Positions 1 through 7,924 of a stretch of DNA of 28,786 nucleotides are shown here, piece after piece (position 1 is the first letter of the stretch; the number at the start of each line of letters is the position of its first letter). The notes under the pieces were generated by a model that was not told the DNA's origin, searched no databases, and was given only the letters and a program-made list of their open reading frames with translations. The position numbers and the translations under genes are program-made. Origin of the DNA: a virus (lineage: Duplodnaviria; Caudoviricetes); IMG/VR virus record IMGVR_UViG_3300040985_001469, positions 1 through 28,786 of that record. One strand, 5' to 3'.

Positions 1-827
1 GGAGTAGGGGCGGGGGCGGGCGCGGGCGTCTCGACTACGGGAGCCCAGCGGGTCTTGAGGGAGCGTAGGCGGATGGCCTTAGCCTCGATAGCCGCAAGCG
101 GATTCTCGCTGCCAGCGGCCTTAGCCGCCATCACCGACTCAAGCAATTCGTTTTCATCGTACACGTCGCCGTAAGCGGCCTTGACGCGATCTAGTTCGGT
201 GTCTAGCCTAACCTGCTCCGCCTGGACCAGGGACTGGTACTCGTACGCACCCCTGGCCTCTTGCTCCCTGGCCTCGAAAGAGGCAAGCCTCTCCTCAAGC
301 TTCCTTACAACGGAAAGCGTATGGTCGGGCACCGGCTCTGGATCGCCGGCAGGGGGCTCAACGCCCAGCATGTCGTACAGCCACTTGTCGTCGCTGACCG
401 GCTCAGGTGCCGGCTCAGCGGCGGGGGCTGGCGCCGCTGGCGCTGCCGTCTGACCAATGGTCTTAGTAAGCGCCTCGGTAAGCTGGCTACCAAACCCATT
501 AAAGAGTTCAGCCATCTGCTCGGCGGTAATGCCAGCAGGCGCAGTAATCTGCACCTCTTGCGTCTCAACCTCATCCGACGCGGCTGCAACCGGCTCGGGA
601 GTCTCGACTGGCTCAGCGGCCACCTCTTCGGCGGGCTCAGCGGGAGCGGCCTCTACGGCCACCTCTTCGGCGGGCTCGTCCTCGACGACTTCAGCCTCAG
701 CCTCGGGCGCTGCCTCAACGACCTCTTCCTCTACTTCGACGCCAACGGCTTCGGACACCGAGCCTAGCGCAATTTCGCGCAGGCGGTCCTGAAGCTTGTC
801 GTCTTGCTCTTTAGTCAGTAGTGACAT
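1..827 (-). CDS. Acidic Ala/Glu/Pro-rich protein, probable head scaffolding protein (partial, runs off the window)
   Basis: Not in the ORF track. ATG at 827 (MSLLTKEQDDKLQDRLREIAL...) reads without a stop to position 1. Long E/A/P low-complexity region followed by a coiled-coil-like segment, directly downstream of TerL. Function inferred from composition and position. Confidence 0.6.
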   Translation of the reverse strand, partial: MSLLTKEQDDKLQDRLREIALGSVSEAVGVEVEEEVVEAAPEAEAEVVEDEPAEEVAVEAAPAEPAEEVAAEPVETPEPVAAASDEVETQEVQITAPAGITAEQMAELFNGFGSQLTEALTKTIGQTAAPAAPAPAAEPAPEPVSDDKWLYDMLGVEPPAGDPEPVPDHTLSVVRKLEERLASFEAREQEARGAYEYQSLVQAEQVRLDTELDRVKAAYGDVYDENELLESVMAAKAAGSENPLAAIEAKAIRLRSLKTRWAPVVETPAPAPAPT

Positions 828-883
828 ATTCAACTCGTAGAAAGGGGTCCACGATTGCAAATATGTCATAGATTTTTCAGTTA

Positions 884-899
884 TGCAAGTTCCGTGCCA
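884..899 (-). promoter_or_regulatory. Sigma-54-type -24/-12 promoter motif
   Basis: Minus strand reads TGGCACGGAACTTGCA, matching consensus TGGCACG-N4-TTGCW. Lies in the 74-bp gap upstream of the scaffold-like gene. Confidence 0.65.
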
Positions 900-901
900 C
901 T

Positions 902-2545
902 TTATCGACGCTTAGAGTATCTCTTGCGTCCCGGCACTGCCGACTTGATGTTCCTTATGGCCCGCCGCTGCTTGTGCTTAAGGTCCGTGTTGCACTCCTT
1001 TCCAAGCTGTGATTCGTACTCGAATTTTTCTTGAAGTGTGTGAACATACGTGTCTTCTTTCTTCATTCGCAGGCGTTTGGTTTGGGATCTGCCCATCCAT
1101 GCAAGTGCCGCAGCGAAGATCATGTCGTCATGCATTCCCTTGTCGTGCTCGGGGCGTCCAACGTCATTGTAGATGAACGTATTCATCTCTCGCATCAACC
1201 TAAACTCCACGGTTAGTTCGATGGTTTTCTTGGCAATTAGCTCACGAAACTCTTCGATAAGGATTGGGCGGCTCTGCGCTGTGGTCATCCAGCCGTGCAT
1301 TTGGCGCCACTGCTTTGCAACTTTGTCAAACTGCTCCCTGACATATAGCTGCACGAACTTCTTCTCAACCAACCAATCGAGGATTACGAGGCCGTGAGCG
1401 TTAACCTCAGGGACCACTAGGACGTCGTAATTTTTTGCCTCTTTGTGTACCAGCCTCTTGAACTGAGTGAGCGGGATCCTGTCATAGTATGTGCAGACGA
1501 TCTTCGGCTTATCCTTCTCAGTCACATCCATTACGCAGTATGCGGAATAGTCACCCTCCTCACTGGCCGTTCCGGTTGCGGGATCGACCCCCATCGTGTA
1601 GACGCGGAACCTCTTATGCTCCTCGTACTCGACGCGCCCATACTTGATATGGTCGTCAGTTGGGATGTTTTCATACGCGTAGGGGAAGACTGGATCGCCA
1701 CTTGAGACGAATGCTTCGATCGGGGAGTTTGGATACTCTTGCATGAGCGCTCGCCACGAGCCTCCGCACTTGGTGAACAGGACCTCTGCAATCCAGTTCT
1801 TCTGCTGCTCATCAAGGCCGTGATGCTCCACGTACCGATCAAGCTTCTCCTTCATGGTCTTTGGCATGTTGATCTTCGGGAACTTCTTCCGACGATTATC
1901 TGCGTCGATCGACCACGGAATGAAGATCTTCTTATAGGCGTTGTCGCCCTTCCAGTAGCCGTGCGCCTCGTTCATGCCGTTGGCAGTCGTCTCCATGACG
2001 ACCTCGGCCCCATCGCCAGCTACGGAGCCGGCAGCGTTGATGGTGGATTGGATGTGCTTGTAGAACGCGAACTCGGAGAAGTGGATGCTGCCGCGTGTGT
2101 CGCCACGGAACGAGGACTGAGCGGACTTACACGAGACCTTACCGCCATGCGTGAACTCCATCTCCGTGAGGGAGAACTTTACGGTAGGCACGGCCTTGCG
2201 GAACGCGTCTGGCAGATGTTCGTAGAATCTCTTGTAGATCCCGAACAGGCCCTGCGCGGTTGTGTCAATCTCGCTGACCACAAGCACGGAATGGTGCGGC
2301 CTGAAGAACGCCTTCCAGAAGAACTTGGCAGCAATGATGGTGGATAGGCCTTCCTTCCTAGCCTTGAGGACATATGTCCACACGCCATCATCGGTCTGCT
2401 CTAACCACTTCTCCTGACAAAAGTTCGGTGTTAGGGTGATTAGATTGCCATCTTTGTCGACAATCTTCAGCCAGTTACAGAACCTGTAGAAGTCCTTGGC
2501 GCAAGCTAGCAGTTCATCCTGTACCGCTGGGTGGATGCCCTTCAA
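902..2545 (-). CDS. terL: Terminase large subunit
   Basis: Walker A-like LKARKEGLST, Walker B-like IHFSEFAF, coupling motif ETTANG, and RNase H-like nuclease acidic motifs GVDPATG and HDDMIFAAALA. 547 aa. Confidence 0.93.
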   Translation of the reverse strand: MKGIHPAVQDELLACAKDFYRFCNWLKIVDKDGNLITLTPNFCQEKWLEQTDDGVWTYVLKARKEGLSTIIAAKFFWKAFFRPHHSVLVVSEIDTTAQGLFGIYKRFYEHLPDAFRKAVPTVKFSLTEMEFTHGGKVSCKSAQSSFRGDTRGSIHFSEFAFYKHIQSTINAAGSVAGDGAEVVMETTANGMNEAHGYWKGDNAYKKIFIPWSIDADNRRKKFPKINMPKTMKEKLDRYVEHHGLDEQQKNWIAEVLFTKCGGSWRALMQEYPNSPIEAFVSSGDPVFPYAYENIPTDDHIKYGRVEYEEHKRFRVYTMGVDPATGTASEEGDYSAYCVMDVTEKDKPKIVCTYYDRIPLTQFKRLVHKEAKNYDVLVVPEVNAHGLVILDWLVEKKFVQLYVREQFDKVAKQWRQMHGWMTTAQSRPILIEEFRELIAKKTIELTVEFRLMREMNTFIYNDVGRPEHDKGMHDDMIFAAALAWMGRSQTKRLRMKKEDTYVHTLQEKFEYESQLGKECNTDLKHKQRRAIRNIKSAVPGRKRYSKRR

Positions 2546-3126
2546 TCAACAGCGCCCCTTGCGGGCTTTTCGAGGTTGAGTTCCTCAAGCTGTGCGTGGA
2601 AAGCGTCGATCGCAGGGTCGCCGCCACCACCCATGATCGTCTCAGTCCTAGCCTTGACCAGTTCGATGTCCGCCTTTAGCTTCTCGATCTGAAGTCGCTC
2701 CAACTGCCTCTTCGCAGCGTATGAAGCCGTCTGCTTTCCGTTCCAGCAGAAGAGGTTCTGTAGCAGCCACTTGGCGCTGTTTGGGTCCACTTCGGCCCCA
2801 GCCATAACCAAGTCAGCAAGCTCACCCTCAAGCTTAGACCTTGACGCGTTGATGTTGTTGGCGAACACGAACTCTTTCTTGTGCTCAACCTCGGCATCGT
2901 CACGTTCACCGATCGTCATCCACGCATGGAAGATTCGGACAGGCAGGCGAATGCTACCGCACGCCGCGTCGATAGACCAGCCGCGCTCAAGCCTCTCGCA
3001 GATCGCCTTGCACATCTTTTCTGTAGGGCTGTATCCAGCCCTGGCAACGCTCTGCGCACCCGTCAACCTGCCCGCTCCCTTGGGGTTGGATGCGGTCTTA
3101 GGCTTGTCTTTAGCGCTTACGCCCAT
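2542..3126 (-). CDS. terS: Terminase small subunit (putative)
   Basis: Overlaps the terL start. N-terminal HTH-like segment (ICERLERGWSIDAACGSIRLPVRIFHAW), an AKWLLQ motif and a C-terminal coiled coil. Confidence 0.75.
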   Translation of the reverse strand: MGVSAKDKPKTASNPKGAGRLTGAQSVARAGYSPTEKMCKAICERLERGWSIDAACGSIRLPVRIFHAWMTIGERDDAEVEHKKEFVFANNINASRSKLEGELADLVMAGAEVDPNSAKWLLQNLFCWNGKQTASYAAKRQLERLQIEKLKADIELVKARTETIMGGGGDPAIDAFHAQLEELNLEKPARGAVD

Positions 3127-3638
3127 GCCTCAGCGAACTCCTCAATCACTTCCTTCCTCTTAGAGTTTGCGGTGTTCTCGTGGAACACGACAAATAGCGC
3201 CTCAACAAAGCTGGTACACAGCTTCATGGCGCTGACGATCCTTGGGTGGTTGAGATCTTCGTCACCAGTGAACTCGAATTCGCCGCTGGCGTCTACCATA
3301 ACCTTGAGCACCTTCTGGCACATCGAGTGCCTGGACTCCTTAAGGCGCCTAGGCAGAGACTCAAGGATGCTGAGGAGGACTGCCGCCTCAAGCGCAACAA
3401 TGGCGCAACACGACATGGCATGCAGCGGAACCTTCTCCTCAGGCACATCTGGGACGTTGATATCGTCGTCACCAACGTTGGTGTCATCAGGGTTTAGGAC
3501 CTTGTTGAGGAAGGCGGTTTGGTTGGTGATCTGCTGGAGGGACTCGTAGCACGCGGAGTCTACGGCGTTGGCCGTGGGCTCGCGCCCTGCGAGCGGCTTC
3601 TCCTGGGCGGCTACAGCCTCTTGCGTCGTGTCAGGCAT
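3117..3638 (-). CDS. Hypothetical protein
   Basis: 173-aa ORF overlapping both neighbours on the operon strand. Confidence 0.7.
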   Translation of the reverse strand: MPDTTQEAVAAQEKPLAGREPTANAVDSACYESLQQITNQTAFLNKVLNPDDTNVGDDDINVPDVPEEKVPLHAMSCCAIVALEAAVLLSILESLPRRLKESRHSMCQKVLKVMVDASGEFEFTGDEDLNHPRIVSAMKLCTSFVEALFVVFHENTANSKRKEVIEEFAEAWA

Positions 3639-3835
3639 TACAGGCCCCTCACGTTACGCAGAAAGGACATACCATACGCGGGGCCGAAGCGTAGGGACTC
3701 TTGATGCACATACCCTACGCAGCGGCGCAGGGCTTCATCCTTAGTCCAGTTACCCGACTTGGCGACTTGCTCTACCCAGGAATTCAGATGGGCTGGGAGC
3801 TTGGTCGTGCATGACTTTGGCTTGGTGGTTGTCAT
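3638..3835 (-). CDS. Small protein with a ribbon-helix-helix-like pattern
   Basis: From ATG 3835: KSCTTKLPAHLNSWVEQVAKSGNWTKDEALRRCV, a strand-helix-helix pattern typical of CopG/Arc-like proteins. Start codon uncertain. Confidence 0.45.
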   Translation of the reverse strand: MTTTKPKSCTTKLPAHLNSWVEQVAKSGNWTKDEALRRCVGYVHQESLRFGPAYGMSFLRNVRGL

Positions 3836-3869
3836 AAAGAAAAATCCCCATGTCGGAGACACGGGGATT
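3836..3869 (-). terminator. Intrinsic terminator
   Basis: Minus strand AATCCCCGTGTC-TCC-GACATGGGGATT (one G-U pair) followed by TTTCTTT. Confidence 0.7.
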
Positions 3870-3916
3870 GGTCCAGAACCCAAACGTGTCATATGGACAC
3901 GAATCTAGCACAGGAG

Positions 3917-4261
3917 TTAGGTTAAATCAAATACTGGCACGCTTCTTGCTTCGGCCGCCCTCATACAACCCCTAGTCCCTCGACCGCCTGGGAATGCCAC
4001 CACAGCGTCTGGCTTGAAGTCGTCTAGCATGAATCCGTTTCGGATAGGTCCGGCTGAGTTTCCGTATCTTCCCCAGTTGGCTGGGTAAGGCTTAACAGGT
4101 ACAGCATTCTCTCTAGCCCAAAGTCCACATAGGTAGTCTGCCCCGCTTGCTGCTCCGTGGGCAAGCTCTTCGATTCCGGATCGTATATGAAGTTCTGTAA
4201 GTGCCACATCAATGAATTCTGAGTCTGCGTAGTCTCTTCCACCAGTTACAACTATCCTCAT
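3917..4261 (-). CDS. DUF2493 / YspA-like SLOG family protein
   Basis: Motifs VVTGGRDY, HGAASGAD, ANWGRYGNSAGPIRN and VAFPGGRGT. Confidence 0.85.
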   Translation of the reverse strand: MRIVVTGGRDYADSEFIDVALTELHIRSGIEELAHGAASGADYLCGLWARENAVPVKPYPANWGRYGNSAGPIRNGFMLDDFKPDAVVAFPGGRGTRGCMRAAEARSVPVFDLT

Positions 4262-4471
4262 CTACAGCATGTCGCTCTTGACATACCTCATGCCTGGGGG
4301 CCTATGAACGCCACCGCCATTAATGCTAATCAAAAGCTCACCATCCAACATCACCTCAATCCCATCATCCCTCTGAGCAATACCAAACAAGCCCATGTCG
4401 GTCTTGATTCCGATGCCCAGGAACACATCTTCAAGGATGATGTCGCCGCACTCGTCTACGCTAATCTTCAT
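4262..4471 (-). CDS. Hypothetical protein
   Basis: 69-aa ORF abutting its neighbours. Confidence 0.6.
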   Translation of the reverse strand: MKISVDECGDIILEDVFLGIGIKTDMGLFGIAQRDDGIEVMLDGELLISINGGGVHRPPGMRYVKSDML

Positions 4472-4643
4472 TACGCCTCACGTACACATTGTTAAGCCAC
4501 GCTTGATATCCCTTCCAGTCGCTGTCCGACATGCTCTTGAATAGCTGCCTAGCCTTTGCGTCATCCGAGAAAACGCCCTCTCCGGTGACTGCGTTAGTCC
4601 ACTTCATGTAAGCCCTCGCCGCCTTTGCCTTTACGCCTCTCAT
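4461..4643 (-). CDS. Hypothetical protein
   Basis: Likely starts at MRGVKAKAAR, coupled to the upstream stop with an RBS-like GAGGT. Confidence 0.55.
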   Translation of the reverse strand: MRGVKAKAARAYMKWTNAVTGEGVFSDDAKARQLFKSMSDSDWKGYQAWLNNVYVRRNED

Positions 4644-4897
4644 ACTACCTCGTAAGTCTTTAGAAATACTGACTCTTTGCACGGATACACTTCACCCTCG
4701 ACCCCGCAGATGATGTAGTCGCCAACGTCCGCCAGCATCCTCCCCTCAAGCGTCTCACACATCACGCGACTGAACTCCCCGGTGTTGCGGAAGATCTTCG
4801 TCACTCCGTCAAACTCTTCGCAGATATGGTCTGCGCAAGATTCGGTTCCATCAAATTGAATGGCGTCGATTTCGACTGGTAGCTTCCTATACCTCAT
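4640..4897 (-). CDS. Conserved small phage protein (YRKxPVxIxA...GDYII...YPCK...F..TYE family)
   Basis: Recognisable widespread phage family signature; function unknown. Confidence 0.75.
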   Translation of the reverse strand: MRYRKLPVEIDAIQFDGTESCADHICEEFDGVTKIFRNTGEFSRVMCETLEGRMLADVGDYIICGVEGEVYPCKESVFLKTYEVV

Positions 4898-5430
4898 GAG
4901 GCAAACCTCTTAGCCGCTTCCCTGGTGACGTCGCTAAAATCCACATCCTCGTCATCGTCGATCCTCTCACTCACCCCCAAGAGGGAGTTGCCCTCGCCGT
5001 ACCATGCAGCCTTAGACTCCACCACATCGGTACACTCGATGGGAATCTCCACGATTTCGCGGAGCTTCTCCGGAACATACGCCGCTGTGGTGGTCAGGAT
5101 TTCATACAGCCTGTGGTCTTTCTGCATTCCGATGAACCGCATAGCCTCTGCCTCGCCAGCAAACACGTTGTGCAGTAGGTGCCCGTTGCACATCAGCCTG
5201 CACACTGGCCTGACGACCTTTTCGACCATGGACTTTTCCACGATCTTGACGTGGCGGATCGGGCCCCACTGAACGTAGTCGCCTGGAGGGGCGGCGTCGA
5301 TTCCGCTTCTGTGGTACTCAATCAAGCCATTGGCACCCACCCAAAACGGACCAACTGCAATCTCCTCATCGACAGTTAGATCGCTTTCGTAGTCGCGATC
5401 TGCGACGGTGTACTCCAACCTATACGACAT
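4894..5430 (-). CDS. Hypothetical protein
   Basis: ORF on the operon strand; likely start MSYRLEY. Confidence 0.6.
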   Translation of the reverse strand: MSYRLEYTVADRDYESDLTVDEEIAVGPFWVGANGLIEYHRSGIDAAPPGDYVQWGPIRHVKIVEKSMVEKVVRPVCRLMCNGHLLHNVFAGEAEAMRFIGMQKDHRLYEILTTTAAYVPEKLREIVEIPIECTDVVESKAAWYGEGNSLLGVSERIDDDEDVDFSDVTREAAKRFAS

Positions 5431-5653
5431 ACGAGTTATCCCCCCAATTCGCATCGAGCAGTCGGTATCCAGTATCCGTGCTCAGGACCAGCCCGAAGAC
5501 GCTGTCGCCACCGACCAACCCCTTAACCTCCACGATTGTGAGGGAGCCTGTTAGGTCTGTCTGCTCGACCACTCTGCCCCAACCCCTCTCCGACGGAACT
5601 CCGTCTGCTGTCAACAGGTTATGCAATTGCTCGATGATTACGTCGTCAAACAC
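5420..5653 (-). CDS. Hypothetical protein
   Basis: 77-aa ORF overlapping the NAMPT stop, with a GGAGGTGG RBS. Confidence 0.6.
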   Translation of the reverse strand: MFDDVIIEQLHNLLTADGVPSERGWGRVVEQTDLTGSLTIVEVKGLVGGDSVFGLVLSTDTGYRLLDANWGDNSYVV

Positions 5654-7008
5654 GCCACCTCCCTAATCTCTTCAAGTGTTTGGTCCACTAGCAACTCTCC
5701 ATCACGGAACACCGCAACGAGAACATCCACGCCAGTGCCGTGCGGAACGGTATCATACGTGACGCCCTTTGTCAGGGTCAAACGACCCCTCTTCGAATTC
5801 TTTGTCGGGTCGGTCTTCGGCCTCTTGTACACGTCCCTCCACTCGCCTCCAACCAGCGCAGCGGAGCACTTGAACGCAAACTTCTGAGTGTCCCTGTCGA
5901 GCTTCTGTAGCAGCCCGCCCCCCATGCCGAAGGCGATGTTGTCGATGCTCCAGCCGTCTAGGTACATCGCGTTGATGACCTTCTCAATGGTCTCAGGCGT
6001 GCATCCGTCCCCCTGAATGACGCGAACGTTGTCGTGCAACATAGTGAATCCCTTCACGTTGTTGTGGCCGCCGAATGCGTGGTACAGGCGCTCCATTACG
6101 TCGATTACAGTAGAGACGATCTCTCCGCTGTCAGGGCGTACGACCAGAACTCCGTCTCGCTCAAGAACCTCATCCCTAAGTGTCTCACCCCAGATCTTAC
6201 TGCAAGCATTCTCGATATCGTACGAATCGCTAACGCACGCAACCAGTCCTGTCGGGTACTTCTCCAGCATGTTTCTGTATGCGTCTGCCTCACCCTCTTC
6301 GCCCCACGATGTCATGGTCGAATGTTCAGACGCTGGAATGGAACAGCCAGCCATCTCTTCACCGTAGAACTTCCGCCCACACACGATTGCGGCCAGCGTG
6401 TCAGAACCCTTGAAGTTCACCAGATGGGCAAGCCCGCCGATGCCGGCCGACTCTACGGACGACACGCCACGGAACCCGAAGTCGTGCAACTTGAAGTCCA
6501 GGCCTCCCACATCGCCAGTCTGAATCAGCCCAGCCCTAATGATGTCTCGGACGTGGCTGCTGATGGTGGCCACTGTCGACGGGTACCACACCTGAACAAG
6601 TAGGGTTTCCAGGTAGTTGGGGAGCCAGTAGCATGCGGGGTCGGTGTTTTCGATGGTCATCAGGACGTTGCCAGTAGGGATCTTGCTACCCTCTGGAACC
6701 GCCTTGATCTCGACCGGGAGTCGGCCGTCGTGCTCGTTGAGGATGCGCTGCCACCCCTCTCGATTGAACACGCCAGGACCCATGTGGAGATCCGCGATCT
6801 CATTGGCCTCGTCGATCTTCTCCTGGGTCACGACCTGACCCATCAGGTACTTCTTGATGAAGTATTGCAGGCCGAAGAACATAGTCTCCGGATACTCTGC
6901 GCCAACACGGCTCTCAAAGTACGAGTAGACCTTCTCGGTGCCTGGAGGATATTGATGGTAGTGGGACAGCTTGTAGCTGTCTGTAAGCAACATGATGTTG
7001 TCAGTCAT
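5638..7008 (-). CDS. nadV: Nicotinamide phosphoribosyltransferase (NAMPT)
   Basis: Motifs LLTDSYKLSH, YSYFESR, KLHDFGFRGVSS, SIPASEHS, VSDSYD, VVRPDSG, VIQGDG, FGMGGGLLQKLDRDTQKFAFKCS and KNSKRGRL. Confidence 0.95.
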   Translation of the reverse strand: MTDNIMLLTDSYKLSHYHQYPPGTEKVYSYFESRVGAEYPETMFFGLQYFIKKYLMGQVVTQEKIDEANEIADLHMGPGVFNREGWQRILNEHDGRLPVEIKAVPEGSKIPTGNVLMTIENTDPACYWLPNYLETLLVQVWYPSTVATISSHVRDIIRAGLIQTGDVGGLDFKLHDFGFRGVSSVESAGIGGLAHLVNFKGSDTLAAIVCGRKFYGEEMAGCSIPASEHSTMTSWGEEGEADAYRNMLEKYPTGLVACVSDSYDIENACSKIWGETLRDEVLERDGVLVVRPDSGEIVSTVIDVMERLYHAFGGHNNVKGFTMLHDNVRVIQGDGCTPETIEKVINAMYLDGWSIDNIAFGMGGGLLQKLDRDTQKFAFKCSAALVGGEWRDVYKRPKTDPTKNSKRGRLTLTKGVTYDTVPHGTGVDVLVAVFRDGELLVDQTLEEIREVACLTT

Positions 7009-7012
7009 CGTC

Positions 7013-7924
7013 TTACCCCTTTTTAAGGTGGGCTAGCGCTAGCTCAAGGATGGGCTCATGAAGCTCCATCAGGTCGAGCGTATCAATCTCATCAAGACCG
7101 ACCCAGCGTACCTCGCTAAGGTCGTCGCCCGCGATGGCGGGCCCCCACAGATACTCCATGCAAAACACGGAAGTCATGATGCAGTCCACCTCATTGGCGT
7201 ACCGCCAGTCGTTGATCTGGGTCGAGCCGAGGTATTCCACCCTGCCTGCATCGACGCCGGTCTCCTCCCTAAGTTCACGTTTGGCTGCCGCTTCAAGCGA
7301 TTTGTCGCTCGGGTCTACGAACCCGCCAGGAAACCTCCACTTACCAATGGGGTCGTTAGGCTTACGGCCGACCAAGATGCGCTCACCATCAGTGAGGATC
7401 ATGTCGACGGTTGGGTAGGCGACTGGGTGCTTGTTGAATGCAGCGTACGTCACCCCGCGCCTGAAGTCTTCAGTCGAGCGAACGTCGTTGGACGCAAGCT
7501 TGCGAGCCTCAGTGGCAGAGACGTTACGGCTGGGCGCAAGCTCTACGGTGGCGTGCTTGCCGCTGTAGTGAGGTATGAATCCATCCCTTGAACCGTACAG
7601 GACAACCCTCCCGATACCACCGAAGGCGTCTCGGACCTTCCCGTCGACCTCTCTAGACCAATCATCGTCAGATGGACGATCGTACAGAGGCATGATGGAT
7701 ACGTCAGGGAAGGCATCGCGGATCATGAGCATGCGCGTGTGATAGTCTAGCGGGTTGTTGCGCGTACACATCACGCTTGGCTTGCATCCCACCAGGATGA
7801 GAACCTTAGGATGGCTGGCGGCTACAGTCTCGATCAGGTCGAGATGGCCACCGTGTAGCGACGGTGCTTGGAAGCGTCCGACGATGACGCCGATCTCTGC
7901 GTCTGGAGTTACTTGGTTGAGCAT
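7013..7924 (-). CDS. nadM: Bifunctional NMN adenylyltransferase / Nudix (ADP-ribose pyrophosphatase-like) hydrolase
   Basis: N-terminal GRFQ..LHGGH (HxGH), NPLDY..R and SATEAR motifs; C-terminal Nudix box GGFVDPSDKSLEAAAKRELREETG. Confidence 0.92.
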   Translation of the reverse strand: MLNQVTPDAEIGVIVGRFQAPSLHGGHLDLIETVAASHPKVLILVGCKPSVMCTRNNPLDYHTRMLMIRDAFPDVSIMPLYDRPSDDDWSREVDGKVRDAFGGIGRVVLYGSRDGFIPHYSGKHATVELAPSRNVSATEARKLASNDVRSTEDFRRGVTYAAFNKHPVAYPTVDMILTDGERILVGRKPNDPIGKWRFPGGFVDPSDKSLEAAAKRELREETGVDAGRVEYLGSTQINDWRYANEVDCIMTSVFCMEYLWGPAIAGDDLSEVRWVGLDEIDTLDLMELHEPILELALAHLKKG

